From an uncultured delta proteobacterium (GTDB taxonomy: Bacteria; Myxococcota_A; Polyangia; Fen-1088): a stretch of DNA of 64,000 nucleotides. The notes beneath the pieces were generated by a model. The model saw only the letters and a program-made list of their open reading frames with translations. It was not told the DNA's origin and made no database searches. The stretch spans positions 1 through 64,000 of the forward strand of contig CAVWIP010000014.1 in assembly GCA_963755125.1 (NCBI GenBank), in the 5' to 3' direction. The position numbers and the translations under genes were made by a program. Shown here one piece after another: positions 50,836 through 61,010 of this stretch. Position 1 is the stretch's first letter; each line of letters begins with the position of its first letter.

Positions 50836-53232
50836 ATGGTGCAGTTGGTGATCGCTGAAAAACCCTCAGTTGCGCGCGATCTCGCCCGCGTGCTGGGGGT
50901 GCGGCCGACGGGCAAGCATTGCTTCGATGGCAAGGAGCGCGTGATCACATGGTGCGTGGGCCATCTGGTCGAACTCGACGAGCCAGCCAGCTACGACGGG
51001 CGCTGGAAGGCCTGGCGCCTGGACACGCTGCCCATGATCCCGTCGGAGTTCAAGCTGCGGCCGGTGCCGAGCACGCGCGAGCAACTGCACGAGGTGTGCC
51101 GGCTGCTAGGCGACAAGCGCTTTTCCGAGGTGGTCAACGCTTGCGACGCCGGTCGCGAGGGCGAGCTCATCTTTCGCTACGTGTACCAGTTGGCCGGCTG
51201 CCGACTGCCCATCCGGCGGCTGTGGATTTCCTCGCTGACCGACGAGGCTATTCGCCAGGGTTTCGCGACCCTGAAGCCTGGGTCGGAGTTGGAGAAGCTG
51301 GCGGACGCCGCACGCTGCCGGTCGGAGGCGGACTGGCTGGTGGGCCTGAACGCTACGCGCGCGGTGACGGTCCGCCAGCGCACCGGCCCGGATTCCATGT
51401 TGTACTCCATCGGCCGCGTGCAGACGCCGACGCTCGCGATTCTGGTGGAACGCGAAAAGGCCATCCAGAGCTTCGTGCCCCACGACTACTGGCAACTGAA
51501 GGCCGATCTGACCACGAGCGAGGGCGCGCGTTTCCCGGCGACCTGGTCGGTGGACAAGGCCAACCGCTTCGCCAGCACGACCGTGGCCAGCGAAGTGCGT
51601 GACCGTTGCCGTGCACACGGCGCAGCCGGCGATGCCGAGGGCCCGGTGGTGGAGAGCCTGAAGCAGAGCAAGACGCGCGAGCCACCGCCGCTGCTCTTCG
51701 ATCTGACGTCGTTGCAGCGGACTGCCAACAAGCGCTTCGGCCTTTCGGCGCAGGCCACCCTGGATGCGGCGCAGGCTCTGTACGAACGGCACAAGATCCT
51801 GACCTATCCGCGCACCGATTCGCGCCACCTGTCGAGCGACATGGCGGCTACCTTGCCGAAGATCTTTGCCGGCCTGGCCGAGTTGAACGAATACGCGCCC
51901 TTCGCGCAGACGCTGTTGGCCGATCAGCCGCGGCCCAGCAAGCGATTCTTCGACGACAGCAAGATCCAGGACCACCACGCCATCGTGCCCACGGGCAAGT
52001 CAGCCAGGCTGGAGGCCCTGGAGCGCAACGAGCGCCGAGTCTTCGACTTGGTGGTGCGGCGATTTTTCGGGGCTTTCTATCCCGACGCCGAGTTCGCCCA
52101 GACCGAGGTGGTGGTGAGAGTGGGGCAGGGGAATGAACCTGCGATTCTTGCAAACGACAAACGCGACGACAAGTCCGGCACTGCGAGTGGGGAGGAGGTG
52201 CCGCTGCTCACGGTTGCGCCCCCGCTGCCCGACCGCTTTTTGGCACGGGGGAAGATTCGCCTGGTGGCTGGGTGGCAGGAGGTGGCTGGCTTTGGTGGAG
52301 AAGACGCGGAGGACAAGGCAGGCGCGAAAAGGGGCAAGAAGAAGGAGGGCGACGAGGACGAGCCAGCCGTGCTGCCACCCCTGGCCGAGGGCCAGCGGCT
52401 GGATGGCAACTTCGAGACGCTGGCCAAGAAGACCAAGCCGCCCGCGCGGCACAGCGAGGCGACTCTGCTGTCGGCCATGGAAAACGCGGGCAAGACCATT
52501 GGGCGGCCGGAGGCAGGCTCTGCCGGCCCCAGTTCCTCGCGCGACGGCATGGAAGACCTGCGGGGATTCTCGGAGACGCTGGACGACGGGGAACTGAGAG
52601 CGGCGATGAAGGACAGTGGTCTGGGCACGCCGGCCACGCGTGCAGCCACCATCGAGACTCTGCTCAAGCGCGGCTTCGTGGCCCGCGAAGGCAGGCATCT
52701 GGCCGCCACGCCGGTGGGCATCGCGCTCATCGACGGGCTGCCGGTGCCCAGCCTGGCCTCGCCCGAGCTGACCGGAACCTGGGAGGCGCGCCTGGCCCGC
52801 ATGGCGCGCGGCGAGGACAAGCGCGACACCTTCATGGCCGACATCGGCCGCTACGTGCACGAGGTGGTCGACGCCATCCGCACCGCCTCTCCCATGCGTG
52901 CCGTGCCACCGCCGGCCGCGAGCGCAAGCAAGGGAAAGAAATGGGTGCGAGGCCGTGGCGCGGGGCGAGGCCGCAGGTCTGCGGCCGTCAAAGGGCACTC
53001 TCCGGCGGTCGACACGACTCGTCCCGCGCCTGCGAGCAAGGCCGACGCGCCCCAAGCCGATAGCGTCGGCGATCTCCTCTGTCCGCGCTGCCGGATCGGG
53101 CATCTGATGACGGGCAAGCGCGGGTGGGGCTGCTCGCGTTGGCGAGAAGGATGCGATTTCGTCGTCTGGTTCGAAGAGAGCGGCGTCAGGCGCAGCGAGG
53201 CCGACCTGCGCGCGCTGGTGTCCAAATCGTAG
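50836..53232 (+). CDS. topB: DNA topoisomerase III (type IA)
   Basis: IAEKPSVARD, NACDAGREGE, GRVQTPT, TYPRTDS (catalytic Tyr), GLGTPATRA, C-terminal Zn ribbon. Confidence 0.93.
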   Translation: MVQLVIAEKPSVARDLARVLGVRPTGKHCFDGKERVITWCVGHLVELDEPASYDGRWKAWRLDTLPMIPSEFKLRPVPSTREQLHEVCRLLGDKRFSEVVNACDAGREGELIFRYVYQLAGCRLPIRRLWISSLTDEAIRQGFATLKPGSELEKLADAARCRSEADWLVGLNATRAVTVRQRTGPDSMLYSIGRVQTPTLAILVEREKAIQSFVPHDYWQLKADLTTSEGARFPATWSVDKANRFASTTVASEVRDRCRAHGAAGDAEGPVVESLKQSKTREPPPLLFDLTSLQRTANKRFGLSAQATLDAAQALYERHKILTYPRTDSRHLSSDMAATLPKIFAGLAELNEYAPFAQTLLADQPRPSKRFFDDSKIQDHHAIVPTGKSARLEALERNERRVFDLVVRRFFGAFYPDAEFAQTEVVVRVGQGNEPAILANDKRDDKSGTASGEEVPLLTVAPPLPDRFLARGKIRLVAGWQEVAGFGGEDAEDKAGAKRGKKKEGDEDEPAVLPPLAEGQRLDGNFETLAKKTKPPARHSEATLLSAMENAGKTIGRPEAGSAGPSSSRDGMEDLRGFSETLDDGELRAAMKDSGLGTPATRAATIETLLKRGFVAREGRHLAATPVGIALIDGLPVPSLASPELTGTWEARLARMARGEDKRDTFMADIGRYVHEVVDAIRTASPMRAVPPPAASASKGKKWVRGRGAGRGRRSAAVKGHSPAVDTTRPAPASKADAPQADSVGDLLCPRCRIGHLMTGKRGWGCSRWREGCDFVVWFEESGVRRSEADLRALVSKS

Positions 53233-53234
53233 CG

Positions 53235-53927
53235 CTACGTGATCGTCTCCAGCGCCTCGACACCCGGCAGATCAGCCAACTGAGCAAGTACGCAGCGGTG
53301 GTCGTGGTGCAGGCCGCAGTATTCGATGCTGATTTCGCGCAGGCCCTCTGGCCGTTCCTTATCGTCGCCGATGGCGATGTGCCCCTTGGCGTCGTCGAGC
53401 AAGGCTGTCAAGCGCGCGCGCGTCTTGCCCTGCGCGGGCTGGTACACGACCAAGACCCGACGCACCTGGCACGTGCCATTGAGCAAGATTTCCAGATGGC
53501 GGACCCAGCCGAGGGTAATCAGCACGGCTGCAGAAAGAACCACGCCCGCGGACGCGTAGCCAGCGCCCACCACGATGCCGATGCCTGAGCAGGCCCAGAT
53601 GGTGGCCGCCGTGGTCAGGCCGGAGATGTGGTGGCGGTCGCGCAGGATGGACCCCGCGCCCAGAAAACCGACGCCAGTCACAATCTGGGCGGCGATGCGT
53701 GCCGGTTCGTGGCCGCCCAGGGCTGGGCTGGCGGACACCAAGGTGAAGATGGTCGACCCGACACAGATCAGGATGAGCGTGCGCAAGCCGGCGGGTTTGT
53801 GTTCCTTTTCCCGTTCAAAGCCCACCAGGGCGCCGCAGAGAAAGGCTGTCGCGACCAGCACGAACTCGCAGTAGGGCGACGGCACCAGTTGCCGAAGATC
53901 GCCGAAAATCACCTGGACAAGGTCCAC
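53235..53927 (-). CDS. MgtC/SapB family membrane protein
   Basis: G.ERE...KPAGLRT, RIAAQIVTGVGFLGAG, GLTTAATIW. Confidence 0.92.
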   Translation of the reverse strand: MDLVQVIFGDLRQLVPSPYCEFVLVATAFLCGALVGFEREKEHKPAGLRTLILICVGSTIFTLVSASPALGGHEPARIAAQIVTGVGFLGAGSILRDRHHISGLTTAATIWACSGIGIVVGAGYASAGVVLSAAVLITLGWVRHLEILLNGTCQVRRVLVVYQPAQGKTRARLTALLDDAKGHIAIGDDKERPEGLREISIEYCGLHHDHRCVLAQLADLPGVEALETIT

Positions 53928-53958
53928 GTCCTTACATTAGGGACGGCGGGGCCAGCAA

Positions 53959-54462
53959 TCAAGTTCTTGCCAGCACGGCCGCCAGCGCTTGACCTCGCGG
54001 TCCTGTCGGGTGCAGGTCGAGCCTGCGGCCGCCGGAGTCTTGCACGGCGATCGTGATTTGCAGGTGGTCGGCCGGCAAGACGTCGGGAAAGCGGTCGGCC
54101 CACTCGATGGCCGTGGCCGCGCGATCGTAGGCTTCTTCGATGCCAAGTTCGGGCAGCTCTGCATGCGTGCGCAGGCGGTAGAAATCGACGTGCACGAACG
54201 ATGTCCGGCCGGGGTGCTCGTTGACCAGGGCAAAGCTCGGGCTCGCCACATGGCGGTGAGGAGCCACGCCAAGTCCCTGCGCCAGCCCTTGGGCGAAGGT
54301 GGTCTTTCCAGCGCCCAAGGGGCCGATGAGCGCTACCACGTCGCCCACACCCATCGCCTGCCCGAGGCGTACACCCAGACGCCGCATGTCCTCGGCGTCG
54401 TTCGCCATGACGACTTGCGCCGCCGACGGGCGGCAATTCTGTTCCGGGTCTGCGTCGGTCAT
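53959..54462 (-). CDS. tsaE: tRNA threonylcarbamoyladenosine biosynthesis ATPase
   Basis: GPLGAGKTTF, VASPSFALVNE, HVDFYRL, IEWAD. Confidence 0.93.
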   Translation of the reverse strand: MTDADPEQNCRPSAAQVVMANDAEDMRRLGVRLGQAMGVGDVVALIGPLGAGKTTFAQGLAQGLGVAPHRHVASPSFALVNEHPGRTSFVHVDFYRLRTHAELPELGIEEAYDRAATAIEWADRFPDVLPADHLQITIAVQDSGGRRLDLHPTGPRGQALAAVLART

Positions 54463-55304
54463 CAACGCTTTTTGATCAACTGACGGTATAGCAGCAGGTG
54501 GCGTACTGCCAAGTCCGGCTTGCCGTTCTGTTCCAGCAGGCGGGCCAGATTGTAGTGGGCGTCGGGGTTGCGTGGATCGCATTCCAGCGCGCGCCGGTAG
54601 GCGGCAACGGCGTCGACGGTGGCACCCAGATCCTCCAGCGCCACGCCGACGTTGAAGGCCGCGGTCGCATCGCCCGGGCGCAGCGAGAGAGCAGCCCGAT
54701 AGTGCACCAAGGCCGCGTACACATCGCCCATTTCGTGCAGCAGGCGGCCCAGGTTCACATGCGCATCGGCAAACTCGGGTTCCAGTTCTAGCGATGCCCG
54801 GTAGGCATCGCGGGCTTCATCGGGTGACGTGGCTTCCAGCAAGCAGCCGCGCTGGTACAGGTCGCGCGCGGTGAGCGGCGGCTCTTGCTGCGGGGCGGGA
54901 GCCGTGGCGGCGCGCGCAGTCTCCAGCGAGGTGACCGTGGCGCCGCCGTCGTCGGGCGACACGCCTTGAAAATCGAACACGGTCTGGCCCGATTCCGGGT
55001 GCCAGCGGCGATGACCATCGTCCGCGATCACGCGCTGGCCTTCCCCGGACAGTGTGACCCGATGGACCGAGATGCCGGCCGGCAGGCTGTCGCGTATCCT
55101 CCTGATGGCGTCGCGCACGCGGCGAGCCGGGATGCGTTGCTCGACCAGTCCTTCGGCCTTGCGCAGAAGAACCAGATCCTCGAATGAGAATCGCATCTCG
55201 CCTTTCTGGTTGCGAGTCGGAGTGACGACGCCGGCACGCAGGTACGAGCGCAGACGCGCCACGCTCATGCCGAGAACGACTGCCACCGCCCGAGGCGAAT
55301 ACAT
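54462..55304 (-). CDS. MerR-like HTH plus tetratricopeptide repeat protein
   Basis: YSPRAVA..LGMS..RLRSY...FSFEDLVLLR; C-terminal TPRs (DAHVNLG, AAFNVG, DAHYNLA). Confidence 0.8.
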   Translation of the reverse strand: MYSPRAVAVVLGMSVARLRSYLRAGVVTPTRNQKGEMRFSFEDLVLLRKAEGLVEQRIPARRVRDAIRRIRDSLPAGISVHRVTLSGEGQRVIADDGHRRWHPESGQTVFDFQGVSPDDGGATVTSLETARAATAPAPQQEPPLTARDLYQRGCLLEATSPDEARDAYRASLELEPEFADAHVNLGRLLHEMGDVYAALVHYRAALSLRPGDATAAFNVGVALEDLGATVDAVAAYRRALECDPRNPDAHYNLARLLEQNGKPDLAVRHLLLYRQLIKKR

Positions 55305-55570
55305 CTCAGATTTTACTATACAACGCTTGTCGTGTTGCGGGTTGCGTACGCCTACTGCGCCCTACGATGTCCCACATCCGCGCAGCAAGCTTGAAAAGGT
55401 GTCGGCTGCCGTCAGATAATGCCGGCTCGGATCGCTCCATGACCAACGGATCAGCTTCAGTCTCCGGACGAGCGCGGCGCAATCGCGGATTGTGCTCGGG
55501 TATTCGCTCGTCTTGCACGTACGCGGGCGTGCTGGGCTCGACGGCCAGGTTGTAAAAATCGGGTAGGGCG

Positions 55571-57583
55571 ATGGCGTGTATTCTCGTGTTGATCGACGAC
55601 AGTGACAACCGCGCTGCGATCGAGGACGCGGTGAAGTCACTGAGCACGCACAAGCTTGTGGAGGCCTCCGACGGCGCTGCGGCCTTGCGCTTGCTTGAAA
55701 AGGGCGGCGTGGATCTGGTGCTCGCGCGCACCCATGGGCGCGAGATGGACGCGTTCGAGCTGTGTCGGCGGATTCGTGCCAACGACAAGATAGCGACAGT
55801 ACCGGTCGTCCTTCTGGCGACCGCGCAGAGCCCGGTGGAAAACCGCCTGCGTGGCCTCGACCTGGGCGCGGCGGACTTCATCGTGCAGCCCATCGAGCCG
55901 CTGGAACTGCTCGCGCGCTTGGGATCAGTCCTGCGCTCGAAGGCGCTGGCTGATGAGGTTCGTCGCCACAACATCGAACTGGCGGGCAAGGTGGTGGAAC
56001 GTACCCGCCAACTGGAGGAACTGGCGGGAGAGTTACGCGCCGAGCGCGACGCCCTTCGTGAGACCTTCAACGTCATCGAGGATGGACTCTTGCTGCTCGA
56101 TGCCTCTGGCCGCGTGCAGATCGAGAACAACGCCCTCTGTCGCATGCGGAGCGAGCCCGAGTCAACTCGCCTGCCCTCGGGCGAACGACTGTTTTCCGGA
56201 AACCCCGTCGAGTCGGGGGCCGACCCGTCCATGCGCGAGATGCTGGCCATGCTGGCCCGCGAGGCCGCCGCCCAAAAAGCAACCCAGGACGGGACTTTCT
56301 CCCTACGCGGGCGCCAGTTCCAGGCGCGCGCCTATCCTGCGGCGGGGCGGCGGATTCTGCTCTACGTGCGCGACGTGACCGAAGACCGCGACCGCGAGGT
56401 GAGGCGCCTGCAGTCGGAGAAGCTGGCCTCCATCGGCATGCTGGCCGCCGGGGTGGCTCATGAGATCAACAACCCGGCCTCGTTCGTCTTGGCCAACCTG
56501 GAGGCCCTGGCCGAACTGCTGCAGGCGTCCGACGACAAGCCGAAGGCGGACCCCACGACTGCGCCCAAGCTGGCGTCCAGCGAGGTTCGGTTCGAAGCCA
56601 TGAACATCGTGCAGGAGTCGAAGGAGGGCATGGCACGCATCCATCGCATCGTGCGTGACTTACACGCCTTCTCGCGCGTGGACGAGGACGCCAACCTGCT
56701 GACCGATGTGAACGCTGCGGTGGACTCATCGCTGACCATGTTGCGTAGCGAGCTCCGCTACCGGGCACAGGTGGAAAGGGATCTGCGTGCGACCCGACGC
56801 GTGCGCGCCAGCGCTGCCCGGCTGGGGCAGGTGTTTCTTAACCTGATCATGAATGCCGCGCATGCCCTGGCCGCAGGGAATTCCAAGCGCAACCGGCTCT
56901 ATGTGCGCAGCTACGACGACGGAGACGCCGTCGCGATCGAGGTGGAAGACAATGGGCCGGGCATTCCGACCGAGGTCATGCCGCGCATCTTTGAATCGTT
57001 CTTCACCACCAAGCCGCCCGGCGTGGGCACGGGGCTGGGGCTACCCATCTCGCGCGACATCGTGTGCGCGGCGGGGGGAGAGTTGACCGCGGAGAGCGTG
57101 CCGGGCCGCGGGGCCCTGTTTCGTGTGCGCCTGCCGGCGGCTGGCGCGGGCGTGGTTGTGGCGCCCAAGACCTTGCCCTCGCACAAGGCCGTGCAGCGCC
57201 GGCGCTTGCTGGCGGTCGACGACGAAGCCCTGCTGCTCAAGGCGTACCGCCGCATGTTGCTCAGTCACCACGACGTGGAAACCATGCTGGGAGCCAAGGA
57301 GGCGCTGCGCTTGTTCGGCCAGGATCGCGCCTTCGACGTGGTGTTGTGCGACTTGCAGATGCCCGAGATGTCGGGCTCAGAGCTGTACGAGACGGTCAGG
57401 CAGCGCTGGCCCGAGCTGGCCCAGCGATTCATCTTCATCACCGGTGGTGCCTGCTCGCAGGAGGCGCGGCGATTTCTGGAGAGCCCAGGCCTGGCCTTCA
57501 TTCACAAGCCGTTCCAGGTGGGCGAGTTGCTGGAACTGATCGAGTCGCACGCGGCCGGATACGGCGTGGCCGCGCACCCGTGA
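55571..57583 (+). CDS. Hybrid histidine kinase with N-terminal degenerate receiver and C-terminal receiver
   Basis: GVAHEINNP, NLIMNAA, DNGPG, FFTTK..G.GTGLGL, CDLQMP. Confidence 0.9.
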   Translation: MACILVLIDDSDNRAAIEDAVKSLSTHKLVEASDGAAALRLLEKGGVDLVLARTHGREMDAFELCRRIRANDKIATVPVVLLATAQSPVENRLRGLDLGAADFIVQPIEPLELLARLGSVLRSKALADEVRRHNIELAGKVVERTRQLEELAGELRAERDALRETFNVIEDGLLLLDASGRVQIENNALCRMRSEPESTRLPSGERLFSGNPVESGADPSMREMLAMLAREAAAQKATQDGTFSLRGRQFQARAYPAAGRRILLYVRDVTEDRDREVRRLQSEKLASIGMLAAGVAHEINNPASFVLANLEALAELLQASDDKPKADPTTAPKLASSEVRFEAMNIVQESKEGMARIHRIVRDLHAFSRVDEDANLLTDVNAAVDSSLTMLRSELRYRAQVERDLRATRRVRASAARLGQVFLNLIMNAAHALAAGNSKRNRLYVRSYDDGDAVAIEVEDNGPGIPTEVMPRIFESFFTTKPPGVGTGLGLPISRDIVCAAGGELTAESVPGRGALFRVRLPAAGAGVVVAPKTLPSHKAVQRRRLLAVDDEALLLKAYRRMLLSHHDVETMLGAKEALRLFGQDRAFDVVLCDLQMPEMSGSELYETVRQRWPELAQRFIFITGGACSQEARRFLESPGLAFIHKPFQVGELLELIESHAAGYGVAAHP

Positions 57584-57604
57584 CGGCGCTTCACAGATCG
57601 CATA

Positions 57605-57673
57605 GGGAGCCCGCCGGCTTTGCCGGCGGCGTACCGTCGCGGGAGGGTATGGGAACCCTTTGAGGGTTCCCAT
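57605..57673. repeat. REP-like palindromic element, copy 2, with a perfect 11-bp hairpin (possible bidirectional terminator)
   Basis: atgggaaccct-ttg-agggttcccat (57649-57673) and a cgccggc..gccggcg stem, between convergent genes; matches 15562-15605. Confidence 0.8.
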
Positions 57674-57903
57674 CAAAGATTAATGTCGCCGCCGGGGTCG
57701 CTTCCACCCAGGCGCTTGCGCACAGCCGCGCTGTCGTTGGGCGGAGCGGGTGTCAGCGCCACCGAGATGCGCAACCACTGGCCCTCGCGCGCTTCGGCGG
57801 GCAACAGGCCGCGCGGCAGATGGAACACCTGTTCGCCCAGGACCAGACGCGCAACCAGATCCTCCACTTCGTCGATGAAAACCATATTTTCCGTGGCTGT
57901 CAT
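57673..57903 (-). CDS. DUF3006-like small protein
   Basis: FIDEVEDLVARL......LPRGLLP.EAREGQWL; overlaps the upstream MBL gene stop. Confidence 0.7.
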   Translation of the reverse strand: MTATENMVFIDEVEDLVARLVLGEQVFHLPRGLLPAEAREGQWLRISVALTPAPPNDSAAVRKRLGGSDPGGDINL

Positions 57904-58823
57904 GGCACCTGAAAAGCCTCCCTCCGTCCGTGCACAAGTACTTCGATCTTGCCACCATCGGTCTCGATGGTTACGGGACCATCGACGTCGGTGCGGAACA
58001 CGCGCGCGCCCATGCGCGCAAGGCGCGCCAGCGTCTGCGGATCGGGGTGGTGGTATTCGTTGCCCGCGCCGACACTCACCACCGCGACCAGAGGACTCAC
58101 GGCCTGCAGAAACTTGGGCGTCGACGAGTAGCGGCTGCCGTGGTGGGCCACCTTGAGAACTGCGGCGCGGAGGTTGGCCTGGCTGTCGAGAAGCCATCGC
58201 TCCGTCTGCGCCTCTGCATCGGCCGCGAACAGAACCCCGACTTTGCCGAAGTCGACGCGTGACACCACGCTGTTGGCGTTCACGTCCGAGCGCGTGTCGG
58301 TGAGGGGCGGCGCGGGTGGGCCCAGCAGGGTCAGCCGCGCGTCCCCGCCCAGGTCTATGGTGCGCCCGCGTTCCGCCTGACGAACCGGAACGCGCTGCCT
58401 GTCGAGCAGGGCCAGCAGTCGGCCGTATTCCTGGATCTCGTGTGGATAGGGCGCGTCCAGGAACATGCGCGTGCCGTGTTTGTCGACCACCGCGCGCAGG
58501 CCACCCAGGTGATCCGCATGGCGGTGAGTGAGAAACACCAGGTCCAGCATCGCGATCCCGTGCCCATCCAGAAACGCGACCACAGTGTTCCCTGCTTCCG
58601 GCAGGCCACCGTCGATGAGCACCGTCTTGCCAGCGGGCGACGTGATCAGCGCGGCATCGCCCTGGCCCACGTCCATGAAATCCACGCGCAGTCGTCCGGT
58701 CGGTCTTGGCCCTTGGGCAGCCGCGCCCCGACACCCCGCCAGCCATGCCAGCACCAGCCAACTCGCCAGCGCCAGCCACGGCTGGCGGCTGATCCCGATC
58801 CGTAGTCGGCCATGGCTGGACAC
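57900..58823 (-). CDS. ComEC/Rec2-like MBL-fold metallo-hydrolase
   Basis: DVGQGDA, LIDGG, THRHADHLGG, NANS, LKVAHHGS, YHHP. Confidence 0.9.
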   Translation of the reverse strand: MSSHGRLRIGISRQPWLALASWLVLAWLAGCRGAAAQGPRPTGRLRVDFMDVGQGDAALITSPAGKTVLIDGGLPEAGNTVVAFLDGHGIAMLDLVFLTHRHADHLGGLRAVVDKHGTRMFLDAPYPHEIQEYGRLLALLDRQRVPVRQAERGRTIDLGGDARLTLLGPPAPPLTDTRSDVNANSVVSRVDFGKVGVLFAADAEAQTERWLLDSQANLRAAVLKVAHHGSRYSSTPKFLQAVSPLVAVVSVGAGNEYHHPDPQTLARLARMGARVFRTDVDGPVTIETDGGKIEVLVHGRREAFQVP

Positions 58824-59052
58824 CGGTACAGGCTAACCCCGCGGCGATGACGCAGGCAAAAAATGGGATGACAGGCATGCCTTGCTTTTCGGACGGCCCG
58901 CGGAAAAGGTGTGCGCTGCTGGGAGATTTGGGACGCCGACGTGGGCCGCGTGCGTTTGACCAGCCGAGCGTTGCAGCGAGCTCAGCGCGGGGCGAAAAGC
59001 ACCCAGGACCCTTCCCACTCTCATACCCTTTTCGGGTAATGTCGGTATCCAA

Positions 59053-60270
59053 ATGTTATCTCCGCGTAACTGGCTCTTCGCAGCCGTGCTGGCGAGCGCG
59101 GGACTTTCGTGTTTGGTTGACCCCTCGGGACTCGATACGCCACAGGTTTCACCGGTAGGCGGTCAGACGACCACGACAACATTGGCCAGTGGCGGGCAAG
59201 CCGGCAGTTTGGGGACGGCCAGCGGGGGACAGGCGGGAACGTGGGCGACATCTCTGGGTGGAAGCAGCGCGAGCGGCGGAAGCGGTGGCGGTTCGGACAG
59301 CAGCAGCGGAGGAGGGCAGGCTGGCAGCGCAGCGACCGGCGGAAGCGGTGGCGGTTCGGACGGCGGTGGGGGCGGAGGGCAAGCTGGCAGCGCAGCGAGC
59401 GGCGGAAGCGGTGGCGGTTCGGACAGCAGCAGCGGAGGAGGGCAGGCTGGCAGCGCAGCGAGCGGCGGAAGCGGTGGCGGTTCGGACAGCAGCAGCGGAG
59501 GAGGGCAAGCTGGCAGCGCAGCGAGCGGCGGCAGCGGTGGCGGTTCGGAAAGCAGCGGAGGAGGAGGAGGGCAAGCTGGCGGCGCAGCGAGCAGCGGCGG
59601 CGCAACCGGTGGTTCAGGGGGCACGGCCGTCAGCAGCAGCGGCGGAACGGTCGCCAGCAGCGCCACCGCGCCGACGGATGCCGATCGCTGTGCGCAGAAT
59701 GGTGGAACCTATGCCGACGGCACATGCGCCATCGATTGCAGCGCTGTCGGCGCCTGCGGATCCGTGGTCACTTGCCCATCCCTCATCTCGTGCCAGATTA
59801 CCTGCGGGCAAGATGGATGTGCAGGGGGGGTGGATTGCAGCAAGGCAGCCGGTTGCGACGTCGCGTGCACAGAATCCGGGTCGTGCGCGGGCTCGATCAA
59901 CTGCGCGGGCACTTCGTGTGCGGTGAACTGCGGCGGAAACAGTGCCTGCAGCAGCGGGGTGTCCAGCGTCGCGGCCAAGTCCCAGATCACCTGTGGCGGC
60001 GACGGCGCCTGCGCCTCTGATGTGGTTTGTTCGGGCGACTTGTGCGCATTGACCTGCTCGGGGTACGGATCTTGCGCGGGCGCGGTGAAGATGTACGCGA
60101 GCACGGCAAGCGCCAGTTGCACGGGCCCGACGTCGTGCCAGGGGGCCGTGGCCTGCGCCGCCTCAAATTGTCAGATCGGCTGCACAGGCTCACAAAGCTG
60201 CCCGAGCGGCGTCTGTTGTTCGGCTGGAACCTGCGCGCTTCAGCCCGCCACGCTCACGTGCGGGCAGTAG
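59053..60270 (+). CDS. Lipoprotein with Gly/Ser tandem-repeat stalk and Cys-rich C-terminal domain
   Basis: GLSC lipobox; five ~21-aa repeats; C-terminal C-x(5-6)-C repeats. Confidence 0.78.
   Translation: MLSPRNWLFAAVLASAGLSCLVDPSGLDTPQVSPVGGQTTTTTLASGGQAGSLGTASGGQAGTWATSLGGSSASGGSGGGSDSSSGGGQAGSAATGGSGGGSDGGGGGGQAGSAASGGSGGGSDSSSGGGQAGSAASGGSGGGSDSSSGGGQAGSAASGGSGGGSESSGGGGGQAGGAASSGGATGGSGGTAVSSSGGTVASSATAPTDADRCAQNGGTYADGTCAIDCSAVGACGSVVTCPSLISCQITCGQDGCAGGVDCSKAAGCDVACTESGSCAGSINCAGTSCAVNCGGNSACSSGVSSVAAKSQITCGGDGACASDVVCSGDLCALTCSGYGSCAGAVKMYASTASASCTGPTSCQGAVACAASNCQIGCTGSQSCPSGVCCSAGTCALQPATLTCGQ
59269..59586 (+). repeat. 63-bp intragenic tandem repeat x5
   Basis: Units start at 59269, 59332, 59395, 59458 and 59521 and encode ASGGSGGGSDSSSGGGQAGSA variants. 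Confidence 0.92.
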
Positions 60271-60287
60271 CCTCTCATAGCGGCCCC

Positions 60288-61010
60288 ATGCTGTCTGCGT
60301 CCCGCCACGCTCTCATCATCGGAAACTCCGATGGTATCGGCCTGCACAGCACCCGGCGGCTGCTCGATCGCGGCTGGCAGGTCACCGGCATCTCGCGCCG
60401 GGCAAGCCCGGTCGCGCACACCGGTTATCAGCACCACGTGCTCGACGTCAGCCAGCGCGACTACGTCGAGAGACTGGTCGCGATCCTGGGCCCGAGGTCA
60501 GTCGATACCTGCATCTACTGCGCGGGCATTGGCGGCTCGTCCGATCCGAAGGATGTGGGCAGCGACGTCCACGTCTTCGAGGTGAATCTGATGGGCGCTC
60601 TGCACACGGCGGCCGTGCTGGTGCCTGTGATGGTCGCGGCCGGTCGCGGGCATCTGGTGGTGCTGTCCAGCCAGGCTGATGGCTTGGTTCTGGCCCGTGC
60701 GCCGTCCTACGCGGCCTCCAAGGCGGCGCTGTCGAGCTACTTCGAGAGTCTAGGCCTGGCCCTGCGGCCACACGGCGTGGCGGTCAGCAACCTGCGCCTT
60801 GGATTCGTCGATACAAAGATGGCGCGCGCCACGCTACGGCCATTCATGTACACACTCGACCAGGCGGTGGACGCGGTTGAGTGTGTACTACGCAAACGTC
60901 CTCTGCGCCTGACCCGGCCTCTTGCCATGGCGTTGCTGGTGCGCCTAGTCGCGTGGCTCGGTCGTTGGCGGGTGTTTCTCACGCGCGGCCCGACCTCGCC
61001 TCGGACGTGA
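60288..61010 (+). CDS. SDR family oxidoreductase
   Basis: IGNSDGIG, YCAGIG, SYAASK, GFVDTKM. Confidence 0.88.
   Translation: MLSASRHALIIGNSDGIGLHSTRRLLDRGWQVTGISRRASPVAHTGYQHHVLDVSQRDYVERLVAILGPRSVDTCIYCAGIGGSSDPKDVGSDVHVFEVNLMGALHTAAVLVPVMVAAGRGHLVVLSSQADGLVLARAPSYAASKAALSSYFESLGLALRPHGVAVSNLRLGFVDTKMARATLRPFMYTLDQAVDAVECVLRKRPLRLTRPLAMALLVRLVAWLGRWRVFLTRGPTSPRT

Noticed and set aside
57673..59052. 459-aa ORF
   Set aside because: Only the last 76 codons (DUF3006-like) look real; the rest is an off-frame shadow of the MBL hydrolase.
59269..59586. Tandem repeats as a CRISPR array
   Set aside because: The units are contiguous, in frame and lack unique spacers, and no cas genes are present. 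The same applies to 38967-39016.
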